In this document: positions 1 through 9,599 of the stretch, piece after piece
Layout of the letters: each line of letters begins with the position of its first letter
How positions within the stretch are numbered: position 1 is the stretch's first letter
Source: Patescibacteria group bacterium
GTDB taxonomy: Bacteria > Patescibacteriota > Patescibacteriia > Buchananbacterales > SURF-54
Reading direction: 5' to 3'
Assembly (NCBI GenBank): GCA_018818885.1
Contig: JAHIRB010000007.1
Coordinates: forward strand, 18,357-82,356
DNA length: 64,000 nt
Program-made: the position numbers and the translations under genes
The notes under the pieces: generated by a model
Seen by the model: only the letters and a program-made list of their open reading frames with translations
Told to the model about the DNA's origin: nothing
Database searches by the model: none

Positions 1-92
1 TTTTTGTGTTAACTTACAATATCTCATTGTGGAGATAGAGCGGCCGCGCTCTTAAAACATACGAAACGCCAACTCTAAAAAGGAGGAGAACA

Positions 93-662
93 ATGAGTGA
101 GCGCGTAAGAAGACTAGGTACATTAAAATGGGAGGAAACACCCGAAATAACGATATGTACATATTCGTATGCATATACCATGGATGGAGGCGCTACAACC
201 ATAGTGCCAATGGTTCTAACTCTCGATACTGATGATATTTGGCACAACACTTTCGAAAAACTACCAAAACTTATAAAGAAGCTTCAAGGTAGTTCCCCGT
301 CCACATTTTTTCTGGAACAATGTATCTCCGACCTCGAAGTAGAATGGAAATTGACTTTTATTTTCGAAGGTCCTCCTAGAAATCTGGCTGGTTGCCTCAA
401 AGCTGCAGCCAAATTCTTGGAGAAGGAGTTCAAAAATATTCTCCATGAGGAAACGACAGTACATCTCTTATCTAAAAGTGATTCACTTCTACCTCTAAGT
501 AATCACAAGGAAACCACAGTTTGTGGAATAACATTCAATTATCGTGATGGCACGCTTGTTACAAAAAAAATTGGTGCAGATATCGACCACCCAGATGTAT
601 GTCCTGACTGCAGGGCAAAATTCAATGGGGAGTTCTGGGTAGCCGTCAAGATTGACGAATAG
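93..662 (+). CDS. hypothetical protein (GC-rich ORF, CPDC motif near C-terminus)
   Basis: 189-aa ORF with consensus SD (aaaggaggag) 7 nt upstream of ATG; GC content clearly above window average; followed by rho-independent terminator; no recognisable family. Confidence 0.5.
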   Translation: MSERVRRLGTLKWEETPEITICTYSYAYTMDGGATTIVPMVLTLDTDDIWHNTFEKLPKLIKKLQGSSPSTFFLEQCISDLEVEWKLTFIFEGPPRNLAGCLKAAAKFLEKEFKNILHEETTVHLLSKSDSLLPLSNHKETTVCGITFNYRDGTLVTKKIGADIDHPDVCPDCRAKFNGEFWVAVKIDE

Positions 663-683
663 TAAGTCAAAACACGTCTATCA

Positions 684-721
684 GAAGACCGCGACAGCAA
701 TGCCGCGGTCTTCTTCTTTTA
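684..721 (+). terminator. rho-independent terminator
   Basis: stem agaagaccgcg/cgcggtcttct with 9-nt loop followed by ttctttt. Confidence 0.7.
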
Positions 722-746
722 TATTATTGACTTAACTATATTACCA

Positions 747-773
747 GTAGGTCGAGGCCTGACCCCGACCTAC
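747..773. repeat. GC-rich palindromic extragenic element (GTAGGTCG...CGACCTAC)
   Basis: 8-bp stem gtaggtcg/cgacctac with GC-rich loop; same motif family recurs at 25540-25599. Confidence 0.5.
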
Positions 774-794
774 AAGTATTAAATTTAATTTTAC

Positions 795-1172
795 TTAAAT
801 CCCAAGCTTTTCTTTTATTCTTTTAACCAAATCATCTAGATCTGTTTTTGCTTTTACAAAGTATTCATAATCCCCTACTGCATTCACTTGATCTCTGCTA
901 TCTTGGCTATCTAAGTTACTTAAGACTATCACAGGAATCTTGTTTGTTTTTTCTCCGTCGTGGATCATTTGCAAAACAGAAATGCCTTCTATCTTTGGCA
1001 TTAAGATATCTAAAATCACAAAATCAGGAATATTGGTTTCTAAATAATTAATAGCTTCTTCGCCATCCATAATCTTTTTGACATCAAAACCTTCGATAGA
1101 TAATTTTTTTTCCATCAAGGCAGATATATCTGGATCATCTTCTACAAGTAATATAAGTTTTTTCTGAGACAT
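795..1172 (-). CDS. response regulator receiver domain protein (CheY-like, stand-alone)
   Basis: 125 aa; LLVEDDPD...DFVILDILMP...IPVIVLSN pattern of receiver domain with conserved Asp positions. Confidence 0.8.
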   Translation of the reverse strand: MSQKKLILLVEDDPDISALMEKKLSIEGFDVKKIMDGEEAINYLETNIPDFVILDILMPKIEGISVLQMIHDGEKTNKIPVIVLSNLDSQDSRDQVNAVGDYEYFVKAKTDLDDLVKRIKEKLGI

Positions 1173-1561
1173 TATTTTTTGCTTTTAGTTATATTTGGCT
1201 CTTTGCCATAATGAGGTATAACAAATTTGTTGTTTTTTATTTTAGAGATTAGTTTTTCTGACTTTATAACTACTTGATCTAGATCAGTTTGTTTTATTCC
1301 AACAACTGGAATTTTTAAGCTCCACGAAAGCGTGTTTGCAACTGTTGCTCCAATTCTTAAGGCAGTAAACGAGCCTGGTCCAATAATAACAATTATTCCT
1401 TTAAGTTTATTTAAGTTGATATTAAGTTTTTCAATTTGCTTGAGTAGTAATTCAGCTTGTTTAAACTTAGCCTTAAACTCTATTTTCTTTTTTAGTTTTT
1501 GGTTGTCTATTAGCGCTACAGTAGCTTTCGCAGAATCAGAAGTATCAATAAATAGTATCAT
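1172..1561 (-). CDS. tsaB: tRNA threonylcarbamoyladenosine biosynthesis protein TsaB (YeaZ)
   Basis: MILFIDTS start and GPGSFTALRIG motif; longer ORF-track start MIRLANKN probably an extension. Confidence 0.75.
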   Translation of the reverse strand: MILFIDTSDSAKATVALIDNQKLKKKIEFKAKFKQAELLLKQIEKLNINLNKLKGIIVIIGPGSFTALRIGATVANTLSWSLKIPVVGIKQTDLDQVVIKSEKLISKIKNNKFVIPHYGKEPNITKSKK

Positions 1562-1565
1562 GTTC

Positions 1566-2186
1566 TTATTTGCTAATCTTATCAATAACTACAATTTTTT
1601 TACCTTCGATGATATCATACAAAAATCTATCTGTGATATCTTGTCTATACTTAAATTCAGAAAGTGGCATAACTGTGTAATTTATTGGACGATTTAATGC
1701 ACGTTCGAACTTTTTAACGACTCTGACTAAATTTTTTTTGTTAACTTTTCCTATTAATAATAAATCTGTAGAAAAATTTTCCATCCCAACAAAAACTCCT
1801 GTCAATGCCAGATACTGTACTTGTGCAATTTTTTCTATTTCATTTATTAAATTTTTTTCAAGTAGCAATTGAGCTTTTAGAAACATTGCCTTTAACTCTG
1901 GATATATTACTGATTCAGTGTTAATCAAATAAAATTTTTTATACTGAGCAGTCTTTTTTTTACGTTGAGTATTTTTAGCAGGTTTCTTTGCTTCTACTTC
2001 GGGAATTATTTTGACTGATTTGATAATGCTAACTTTTTCTAAGTACAATACTTCTCTTCTCACAGAGTTTAGCTGTACTTTAATTTTTCTTGAAATTTCT
2101 CTTAAATAAAAAGATTTGCCCGGATTATTCAAAAGAAGCATTAAAAGTCTTACTCTAGTTTTTGAGCCAAATAATTGTTCAAGCAT
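1566..2186 (-). CDS. winged-helix DNA-binding protein (transcriptional regulator-like)
   Basis: N-terminal LFGSKTRVRLLMLLL...FYLREISRKI winged-helix signature; start taken at internal Met MLEQLFGSK. Confidence 0.45.
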   Translation of the reverse strand: MLEQLFGSKTRVRLLMLLLNNPGKSFYLREISRKIKVQLNSVRREVLYLEKVSIIKSVKIIPEVEAKKPAKNTQRKKKTAQYKKFYLINTESVIYPELKAMFLKAQLLLEKNLINEIEKIAQVQYLALTGVFVGMENFSTDLLLIGKVNKKNLVRVVKKFERALNRPINYTVMPLSEFKYRQDITDRFLYDIIEGKKIVVIDKISK

Positions 2187-2248
2187 ATATAGCAATATTG
2201 TTGTATTTATAGTATAATATAACCATCTTATTTGCACAATATACTTAA

Positions 2249-4486
2249 ATGTCTTCTTACATACCACAAATCAGAGAATTGATAATTGCACCGCCCGATA
2301 AAGCGGCTTCTTATTGTAAATTTTTAAATTCCTCGGTTGAATCACAGTACCATCAAAACTTTGGTTATCTTTTTGGTTTGATTGAATATGAGGGCCCAAT
2401 TGAAAGTATTGATGATTTACTCAACCAATTACTTGGGGAATTACAAAACAATTTTTATTATGATAATTACGAAAAGGATATAGATTTAGAACAGCGACTA
2501 GAAATTGCTCTGCAAAAAACTAATAGCAATTTTTTAAGAATTTTAAATGCCTCTAAAGTAAATATTGAACTAGAAAAACTAAATCTTAATATTGCACTAG
2601 TTAAAGACAAAGACTTATTTTTAATTACAGTCGGAAAAATTCCAGCACTATTAGCTCACAAAGCAACAGATAATGAATACAAAATGATTGACATTGGAGA
2701 ATCCACTTCTGGAGATAAAGCAGGTAATAAAATTGACCCTCTAAAATTATTTTCTCAAGTAATTTCTGGTAGCATTACAACAAACGATTATTTATTTTTA
2801 GCCAATACTACTGTACTAGATTATCTTTCTTTAGAAAAAATTAAAAAGATTATTACTCTAAACAAAATCGATGATGCAATTTTAGAATTAAAAAAACTGC
2901 TTGATGAAGTTAATACTGATTTTAGCATGGGGTTAGTGATTATCTCTGTTGAACCAGCGCTAAAAGATCAACCAGAAATCATCATCAAACAACTAGAAGA
3001 ATTCGAATACACAAAAGCTGCCTCTAAAGATTCAATGCACGAACTTATCAGAACCCAAAACGCTACTCAAAAAATATTAAATACATCTTATTTACCTGAT
3101 ATCAATAAATACAGAACTGTATTCAAGAGATCAATGCAACAATATTTAAATAAAGTTAGAAGTGTACCAATACCAAAAATTCCATCGATTAATAAATTGA
3201 CCTCCATGCAAAAAGCCACTCAACAAATTGAAGAAAAACAATATAGACCCACTATGCAAGACAGACTTTCTAGCATACCAAATCCTTTAAAAAGTTTTAG
3301 GATTTTTAAAAGCGTAAGGTTTAAACTGCCATCAATAAAATTTATTAAAGAAAGAACCAGACAAATGACACCAAAAAGTCGTTTACTTTTATTTGCATCT
3401 ATTGCCCTAATAGTTATTTTTGGAATTAATGTGGTTTACATTGGTGTTAAAAATAAAAATGAGACCAATGCAGAACTGGTTCGCGAAACAATGCTTGCGG
3501 TTCAAGAAAAAAATGACGAGGCCAAAGCTAGCCTGATTTATGAAGACGAAACAAAAGCAAGAAAATTACTGCTAGAAGCAAAAGAAATACTTAATGAACT
3601 AACTAGTGAAAATAAAAAAGAACCTGCCATACAAAATTTAGAACAAGAAATTGAACTGCAACTATCTAAATTAAGACATTTAGTAGAAATTAACGATCCA
3701 CTCATGCTTGCTAATTTCGAAAATGTTAATTCAGCTGCAAGTGTTGCGCCGCTAATTGTGCTGTTAGAAAATAAAATATACAGTCAGGATCATAACAACC
3801 AAGCAATTTATAAACTTGACCCAGACACAAAAAATATCACAACAATTTTTCAAGCTGATGTAAAAATTAAAAACGCAATTTCTTCTAGGCCATTTAGTAG
3901 CTCGAAAATTATATTCTTGAATGAAAACCAAACAGTTTTTGAACTCAATACAAATTCAGATACAATTAGCCAACTGGGATTGAGTATTAATCCCGGAGCT
4001 GAGGTTAACGATTTTGATGTTTATAATCAGCGCTTATATTTTATTGATAAGAAAAATAATCAAATATATAGATATCGTGAGTTAGAAGAAGGCTTTGGCT
4101 CCCCTACTGATTGGATTAAAGAAAAAGTAGATCTATCGATGGTTACTTCTTTTGCCATCGACGGACAAATATTTTTACTAAAAGAAAACGGACAAATTAC
4201 CATGCTTTTGAATGGCTTAAAGACTGATTTTGAAGTATCTGATATTGATCCAGCGCTACAAAACCCAACTAAAGTAAAAACTTTTGTTGATTCAGACTAC
4301 TTATATATTTTAGATCCCTCCAGTAGTCGCTTAGTTGTAATAGATAAAACAGGTAAACTAATTATTCAATACCACTCGAGTAGTTTTGACAATTTAAAAG
4401 ATTTTGCAGTTGACGAACGTAACGATAAGATATATCTTCTAAATGGTAATATGGTTTTTGGAATTTCTGCTAATCACTTAGAATAA
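2249..4486 (+). CDS. large hypothetical membrane-anchored protein (cytoplasmic N-domain, one TM helix, coiled coil, C-terminal beta-propeller-like region)
   Basis: 745 aa; TM segment LLLFASIALIVIFGINVVYIGV mid-protein; coiled-coil stretch; repeated hydrophobic/aromatic blades near C-terminus. Confidence 0.5.
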   Translation: MSSYIPQIRELIIAPPDKAASYCKFLNSSVESQYHQNFGYLFGLIEYEGPIESIDDLLNQLLGELQNNFYYDNYEKDIDLEQRLEIALQKTNSNFLRILNASKVNIELEKLNLNIALVKDKDLFLITVGKIPALLAHKATDNEYKMIDIGESTSGDKAGNKIDPLKLFSQVISGSITTNDYLFLANTTVLDYLSLEKIKKIITLNKIDDAILELKKLLDEVNTDFSMGLVIISVEPALKDQPEIIIKQLEEFEYTKAASKDSMHELIRTQNATQKILNTSYLPDINKYRTVFKRSMQQYLNKVRSVPIPKIPSINKLTSMQKATQQIEEKQYRPTMQDRLSSIPNPLKSFRIFKSVRFKLPSIKFIKERTRQMTPKSRLLLFASIALIVIFGINVVYIGVKNKNETNAELVRETMLAVQEKNDEAKASLIYEDETKARKLLLEAKEILNELTSENKKEPAIQNLEQEIELQLSKLRHLVEINDPLMLANFENVNSAASVAPLIVLLENKIYSQDHNNQAIYKLDPDTKNITTIFQADVKIKNAISSRPFSSSKIIFLNENQTVFELNTNSDTISQLGLSINPGAEVNDFDVYNQRLYFIDKKNNQIYRYRELEEGFGSPTDWIKEKVDLSMVTSFAIDGQIFLLKENGQITMLLNGLKTDFEVSDIDPALQNPTKVKTFVDSDYLYILDPSSSRLVVIDKTGKLIIQYHSSSFDNLKDFAVDERNDKIYLLNGNMVFGISANHLE

Positions 4487-4494
4487 ATTGCATA

Positions 4495-4530
4495 CAAAAA
4501 AATCTCGCTTAGGTTTGCGAGATTTTTTTG
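4495..4530. terminator. bidirectional rho-independent terminator between convergent genes
   Basis: A-run, stem aatctcgc/gcgagatt, T-run. Confidence 0.7.
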
Positions 4531-4541
4531 TATTTTTAAAA

Positions 4542-4979
4542 TTATTTCAAAGTTACTTGTCCGCCTGCTTCTTCTAACTTCTTTTTCATGTTTTCTGCTT
4601 CTTCTTTCTTTACCCCTTCTTTGATAACTGCTGGAGCAGAATCAGCTAAATCTTTAGCTTCTTTTAAACCAAGTTCTGTTACTTCTCTTACTGCTTTAAT
4701 AACACCAATTTTGTTATCACCTGTAGAAGTAAGTTCAACAGTAAATTCTGTCTTTTCTTCTGCAGCAGGTGCATCAGCACTTGCAACTGCCATAGCTACT
4801 GGAGCAGCAGCAGAAACACCAAACTTATCTTCTAAAATGCCAACTAGTTCTGCTAAATCAACTACTGACATCTTTTCGATTTCAGATACAATTGATTTAA
4901 ATTTTTCTGGAACTACTACGTCCTTTTCTTGACCTGAGTTGGTTGAAGGTTTTTCTTCCTTAGTTTTTTCGTCTGTCAT
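4542..4979 (-). CDS. rplL: 50S ribosomal protein L7/L12
   Basis: [10 protein letters not shown]...Ala-rich hinge...[19 protein letters not shown]...EAGGQVTLK; ~18-aa N-terminal extension relative to typical L12. Confidence 0.9.
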   Translation of the reverse strand: MTDEKTKEEKPSTNSGQEKDVVVPEKFKSIVSEIEKMSVVDLAELVGILEDKFGVSAAAPVAMAVASADAPAAEEKTEFTVELTSTGDNKIGVIKAVREVTELGLKEAKDLADSAPAVIKEGVKKEEAENMKKKLEEAGGQVTLK

Positions 4980-5023
4980 ATTGTTTTAGTTATTATTAAT
5001 TAAATATTAGAAATTAATTATTG

Positions 5024-5548
5024 TTATTCTTTACTTTCTTTAATTGCTTGCAAAGTATATACTAGATTACTTAGGTTACCCTTTAAAGCAAAGACAAATC
5101 CAGCAATTGGTGATTTGAGTGATCCTACAACTTTAGCATATAACTCTTGTTTAGAAGGTAGTTTAGCTAGTTGTAATAAGTATGCTTCGTCTACATATTC
5201 ATTTTCTATCAATCCACCATACATTTTTAAAGATTCATGGTCTTTAGCAAAGTCAGCAATAATTTTTGCTGGTAATACTTCGTCTTCATATCCAAAAACA
5301 GTAGAAACACCACGTTCAAAACTTTTTACATCAACTTCTTTAAGCTCTGCTTTTTTAATTGCGTTTTTGAGCAAAGTCTTTTTAGTAACTTCAAGATCAA
5401 TATTTTGCTCTTCGCACTTATTTCTAAGTTCTTCTAGTTCTTTTACCGATAATTTATCAAAATTAGCAAAAACAACTGACTTAACTTTCTTTAATTTTTC
5501 TACTAAATTTTTTACTATTTCTTCTTTTTTCTGTTTAGTTTTAGCCAT
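5024..5548 (-). CDS. rplJ: 50S ribosomal protein L10
   Basis: 174 aa, position upstream of rplL, typical L10 N-terminal region. Confidence 0.9.
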   Translation of the reverse strand: MAKTKQKKEEIVKNLVEKLKKVKSVVFANFDKLSVKELEELRNKCEEQNIDLEVTKKTLLKNAIKKAELKEVDVKSFERGVSTVFGYEDEVLPAKIIADFAKDHESLKMYGGLIENEYVDEAYLLQLAKLPSKQELYAKVVGSLKSPIAGFVFALKGNLSNLVYTLQAIKESKE

Positions 5549-5700
5549 ATTATATTTAATTAATTTAAAAAATCTGTGGCAAATCCACAGACTAAAATTA
5601 AGGCCTTTTTCCTCGATAGGGTTATACTTTTAAGCTAATTTAGCCCCTATTGTCTGTGGAAATATTTAATTAAGTATAGTTTAGCAGATTACCAGAATTT
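5549..5700 (-). promoter_or_regulatory. rplJ leader region with attenuator-like hairpin (tctgtgg/ccacaga + T-run)
   Basis: hairpin 5567-5595 followed on minus strand by tttttt immediately upstream of rplJ start; L10 leaders are commonly autoregulatory. Confidence 0.4.
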
Positions 5701-5778
5701 GTCAAGAAAATGTATTAGTCCAGCACATATTGGACACATAGTTATTTTTTAATAAGTAATCCACAGGAGTCTCTAAAT

Positions 5779-5973
5779 TCAGACCCCAGTGGAATCGTTT
5801 TGTATTATACCAAACCAGCCATCAGCTGATTTCCTGGTATCTGCAACTTCTGATGTTCTGCATGAATCATTTTTTATATCCTGTAGATATTCTTCTCCTT
5901 GCTTATCCTTAATCCGATCTAAAAATTTCTGCCAGCATTCCAAACATAAATCTTCGCCATCCAGAATCGTCAT
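5779..5973 (-). CDS. small hypothetical ORF (64 aa, Cys-containing), possibly gene remnant
   Basis: ORF only; GC slightly elevated; adjacent 24-codon ORF in another frame suggests frameshifted remnant. Confidence 0.2.
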   Translation of the reverse strand: MTILDGEDLCLECWQKFLDRIKDKQGEEYLQDIKNDSCRTSEVADTRKSADGWFGIIQNDSTGV

Positions 5974-6066
5974 CCTTCCCTCTGTATCTAATTCTTTTTA
6001 AACCTGTCCAAATTAGTAAGTTGCTTTTCTTTTTTGACATATTTTTCAAATCCTTCAGACATAGTA

Positions 6067-6753
6067 TTAGCTAATTACTGTTCCTTTGATCTTTTTGTTA
6101 GTTAATATACTTTTAAGATTATTGAGATCACTACCCATAGCTATCACTAGAGTTAGTCCTAGTTTGTGTGATAATTTTGTAGCGATTGGATCAAAAGGCA
6201 CATGTGCACCTGGTACCCACTTATAACCAACAATTTTTTGAAAATCATTCCATTTCATTTGTTTATACTTTTTGGCATTTTTAAATTTATTTGGATCTTT
6301 GTCGTAGACATAAGATATGTTTGAAAGATTGATTAATGTCTTGGCATGAAAATTTTTAGCTATAAGTACTGCGTCTTTATCTGATGATGATCCAGGCAAG
6401 TATCCGGCGCCAACAATAATTTTTTTAGTAGTTTTGATTTTTGCTGATGGATTATGTATAACTTTTTCATATGCTAAATTTCCAAAAATTGCTCTAACTA
6501 ATTCTGCGTTAATTTTTGTTGTAGCAATCCCAACCCAATCTAAATCTATATGGGTAACTTTAGGATTGACTTTTTTTGCTGCCCCTTGATATTTTCTGCA
6601 TGTATCTCCTCCACCGCAGACAATTATTACACGATTTCCTTTTTTTACAAAATCTATAATTATCTTTTTAAAATTCTTTAAAAATTTTACATCTACGCCT
6701 TTTGGTGCAATTAGTGACCCGCCGAGTGACATTACGATAGTTTTGTTAGCCAT
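6067..6753 (-). CDS. pyrH: uridylate (UMP) kinase, amino-acid-kinase family
   Basis: MSLGGSLI...VIIVCGGG motifs of UMP kinase/aspartokinase fold. Confidence 0.75.
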   Translation of the reverse strand: MANKTIVMSLGGSLIAPKGVDVKFLKNFKKIIIDFVKKGNRVIIVCGGGDTCRKYQGAAKKVNPKVTHIDLDWVGIATTKINAELVRAIFGNLAYEKVIHNPSAKIKTTKKIIVGAGYLPGSSSDKDAVLIAKNFHAKTLINLSNISYVYDKDPNKFKNAKKYKQMKWNDFQKIVGYKWVPGAHVPFDPIATKLSHKLGLTLVIAMGSDLNNLKSILTNKKIKGTVIS

Positions 6754-6841
6754 AATGTATAGTTATGTTAATAAAGTTAATACGGTTGATATGTTAATAT
6801 AGAAATCGTATTAACTATATTAACTGTATCAACTACACTTC

Positions 6842-7879
6842 TCAATCTAAATACTTAGCCCTATTCGCTGCGTGACCTTCTAAATTTGATGCATAATGTA
6901 CTGTTCCGTCTTCTTCTGTTAAAAAATAATAATAACTATTTTTATCTGGATATATTGCAGCCATAATTGAAGAAAGTGATGGGTTACAAATTGGTCCTGG
7001 CGGTAATCCAATATATTTATATGTGTTGTAAGGATTATCAATTTTTGTTTCTTCTATGCTTGAACGCGTTTTACCTGTTTGGGTGAAAAAATTAATGGTA
7101 GAATCTGCCTGTAGGGGCATGTCATTATTTAATCTTTTATAAAATACTGAGGCTACTAGCTTTCTATCCTCATCTGTTGCTACTTCTTTTTCGATTATTG
7201 AAGCTAGGGTAAGAGTATCGTGAATGTTGACATTATTTATTTTGATTTGTTCTTTCATCTCAGTTGTTAATTTTTGTTCGAAATTATCTAGCATCTTTTT
7301 AACGACTGTGATTAGTTCTGCATCATGATATATTCTGTAAGTATCAGGAAATAAATACCCTTCTAACCCTTGATCTTTTGGTTTATCGAATAAAAAGTCG
7401 TAATGTTCGGAAAAATCATACAGACCCACATCTTCACCTACCTCGTAAGTTTGACCTGGTTCTCCAACTAATTTGTATAAATCATCAGCATTATACACAC
7501 CTTCTTGTTCAAAATAGTATGCAATATCGCGTGTATCCCAACCTTCAATTATTGTTATTGCACGTTCCTTGTCTTTGACTAAGCCGCCTGATAAAACTTG
7601 TGCTACTTCTTTAATACTTAAATTTTTTGCCAAATCATATTCACCACTCATTAATTTTGAACTAATACCATTTTTCCAAACATACAAAACAAAAACTTGA
7701 TTACTTTTTATAAAACCTTGTTTTTCTAATTGCTCAGCTATTTTCATACTCCCCCAGCCTGGGTGAACAATAAACTCTTCTACTTCGGAAACTTTGGAAT
7801 ATGGTGAACCAACTACATACAGATAATACAAAAAAAGTATTACAATAATAATGATGATTGTGAAAACTAATTTTCTCAT
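6842..7879 (-). CDS. mltG: endolytic murein transglycosylase MltG (YceG family)
   Basis: N-terminal TM helix, YNTYKYIGLPPGPICNPS motif characteristic of YceG/MltG. Confidence 0.85.
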   Translation of the reverse strand: MRKLVFTIIIIIVILFLYYLYVVGSPYSKVSEVEEFIVHPGWGSMKIAEQLEKQGFIKSNQVFVLYVWKNGISSKLMSGEYDLAKNLSIKEVAQVLSGGLVKDKERAITIIEGWDTRDIAYYFEQEGVYNADDLYKLVGEPGQTYEVGEDVGLYDFSEHYDFLFDKPKDQGLEGYLFPDTYRIYHDAELITVVKKMLDNFEQKLTTEMKEQIKINNVNIHDTLTLASIIEKEVATDEDRKLVASVFYKRLNNDMPLQADSTINFFTQTGKTRSSIEETKIDNPYNTYKYIGLPPGPICNPSLSSIMAAIYPDKNSYYYFLTEEDGTVHYASNLEGHAANRAKYLD

Positions 7880-7880
7880 G

Positions 7881-8591
7881 TTATTTTGGACCTTGCCAAT
7901 TATTTTTTACGTCTTCGTAACGCTTAAATGTTCCTGTGTCAAACCATTGGGCATTACTTTTAAAACCATATAATTTTTCATCTGATGCTAATTTAGGAAA
8001 AACATCTTTTTCAAACATGACAAAATCATTGTCTGGAATGTATTTATAAATTTCTGGTTTAAAAATATAGTAGCCTGAATTTGCGTAATTGCTAGGTGCA
8101 TTTTCTTCTGCTGGTTTTTCAATAAAATCTACAATTTTATCATCATCCATTTTTGCTATACCATAGTGTGTTACATCGTCTACCTTAGTTAAAGCTATGG
8201 TGGCGATCCCATCGTGGCTTATATGAAATTCTAACATTTTATTTAAGTCTAAAGCAAATAAATTGTCTCCGTTTATTACAATAAAATCTTCCTTTTCCTC
8301 GCATCCTATTTGCTTCATCAATACTAATGGTCCTGCAGTTCCCATTGGCTTTTCTTCTATTAGATAATTGATTTTGAGTCTAAACTTTGCACCATCACTA
8401 AAGTGTTGCTTGATCTTTTCTGCTTTGTAACCAAGGCTTAGAATGATATCGGTGATATTATACTTTTTTAAAATATCAAAAACATGCTCAGTAAGAGTTT
8501 GACCTTGCACATCTATTAATGGTTTTGGAGTTGTGTACGTAAGCGGCCTAAGACGAGTGCCTTCTCCACCTGCTAAAATTATTGCTTTCAT
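7881..8591 (-). CDS. sugar-phosphate nucleotidyltransferase (NTP_transferase family, short form)
   Basis: ILAGGEGTRLRPLT...KPL signature. Confidence 0.75.
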   Translation of the reverse strand: MKAIILAGGEGTRLRPLTYTTPKPLIDVQGQTLTEHVFDILKKYNITDIILSLGYKAEKIKQHFSDGAKFRLKINYLIEEKPMGTAGPLVLMKQIGCEEKEDFIVINGDNLFALDLNKMLEFHISHDGIATIALTKVDDVTHYGIAKMDDDKIVDFIEKPAEENAPSNYANSGYYIFKPEIYKYIPDNDFVMFEKDVFPKLASDEKLYGFKSNAQWFDTGTFKRYEDVKNNWQGPK

Positions 8592-9598
8592 TTTTCTCGT
8601 TCAATTTGATCTTTAAAAATAATATCTTTAATAAATTGCCTTAATTGTGCTTCGGTTTCCGTAGTTGTGCCTAATCTTGCTTTATTGTGTTGTGCTAACG
8701 CCGGTCTTGCTTTTTTTGTTACTGTATCAGACAACCTCAGCATTTCAGTATCACCTTGCAAAACTAATCTACCTCTTGCGGCATACGACTTAACCATATC
8801 TATTATTTTATTATCTTCATAATTATCAACGATTGTTTCAAGTGCTTTTCTCACCTCCATCCAGTTATTTGAACGACGTAGTTCTTCCACACCAATATTA
8901 AACATAAATTCTAAAACTTCTGTAGCTTTTTTATCTATTTCTGCAGTTTGTTTTTTAGGATTGTATACAATATCTGGTAAATTAAGCACTGGCTCACTTA
9001 CTTGCTCTCCGTCTTTAGAAGAAAAGATAATATCACTGGTAAGTAATTCACCTATACCACCATGCTCCTTGTGTGTTTGACTAACATGTTGCGTGGCAGT
9101 AGCTAGAGCTTGAAAACGATCAATTTCATTTAATCTATCAGAGTCTATTTGATCAGAACGATAAATATCCTGCAAGGCTATGCCTTGGGTATATAGTTCC
9201 TGCTGTTTGATTTCAATCCCGTTTACATGTTCACCATAATAGTCTTGTAATCCTAACCTTTTAATGTTTTGTAACTTTTCTTCTTGATTGCCACGATATC
9301 GTTTTGTGCCAGGAGCTAAAAATTTTAAAAACCATTTTGGATGTTTTTTTAACAACTTCCATGGTTCCTCTAAAAGATGCTCATCATATGTTCTTAGTAC
9401 AGCATCACCTTTTTGATCTCCCTTTGAAACAACACCCGTTGTATCGTAAATCATTTTTTCATCCTGCATCTTTAATTTTCCACCATATATACCAACCGTG
9501 CTTTCATAATTAACATTAGGCAATCGTGACTCATTAACTGTTGACTGTACTTTTTCTTTCATACCTTCTAGAAAAGATTGTGATTCATGTTTGGACAT
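8588..9598 (-). CDS. hypothetical protein (possible atypical kinase-like HGGIGELLTSD motif)
   Basis: 336-aa ORF overlapping upstream gene by 4 nt (operon); no confident family. Confidence 0.5.
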   Translation of the reverse strand: MSKHESQSFLEGMKEKVQSTVNESRLPNVNYESTVGIYGGKLKMQDEKMIYDTTGVVSKGDQKGDAVLRTYDEHLLEEPWKLLKKHPKWFLKFLAPGTKRYRGNQEEKLQNIKRLGLQDYYGEHVNGIEIKQQELYTQGIALQDIYRSDQIDSDRLNEIDRFQALATATQHVSQTHKEHGGIGELLTSDIIFSSKDGEQVSEPVLNLPDIVYNPKKQTAEIDKKATEVLEFMFNIGVEELRRSNNWMEVRKALETIVDNYEDNKIIDMVKSYAARGRLVLQGDTEMLRLSDTVTKKARPALAQHNKARLGTTTETEAQLRQFIKDIIFKDQIEREK

Positions 9599-9599
9599 A

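Noticed and set aside
4588-5633. Plus-strand ORFs 4588-4932 and 5115-5633, and similar antisense ORFs at 21131-21334, 22688-22948, 25217-25540, 29817-30470, 34337-34555, 36374-36622 and 47711-47983
   Set aside because: They lie entirely inside well-supported genes on the opposite strand (rplL, rplJ, secA, murB, murD, pilB, pilin, pyrG). Their low-complexity Ser/Thr/Leu-rich translations are typical of shadow ORFs in AT-rich DNA.
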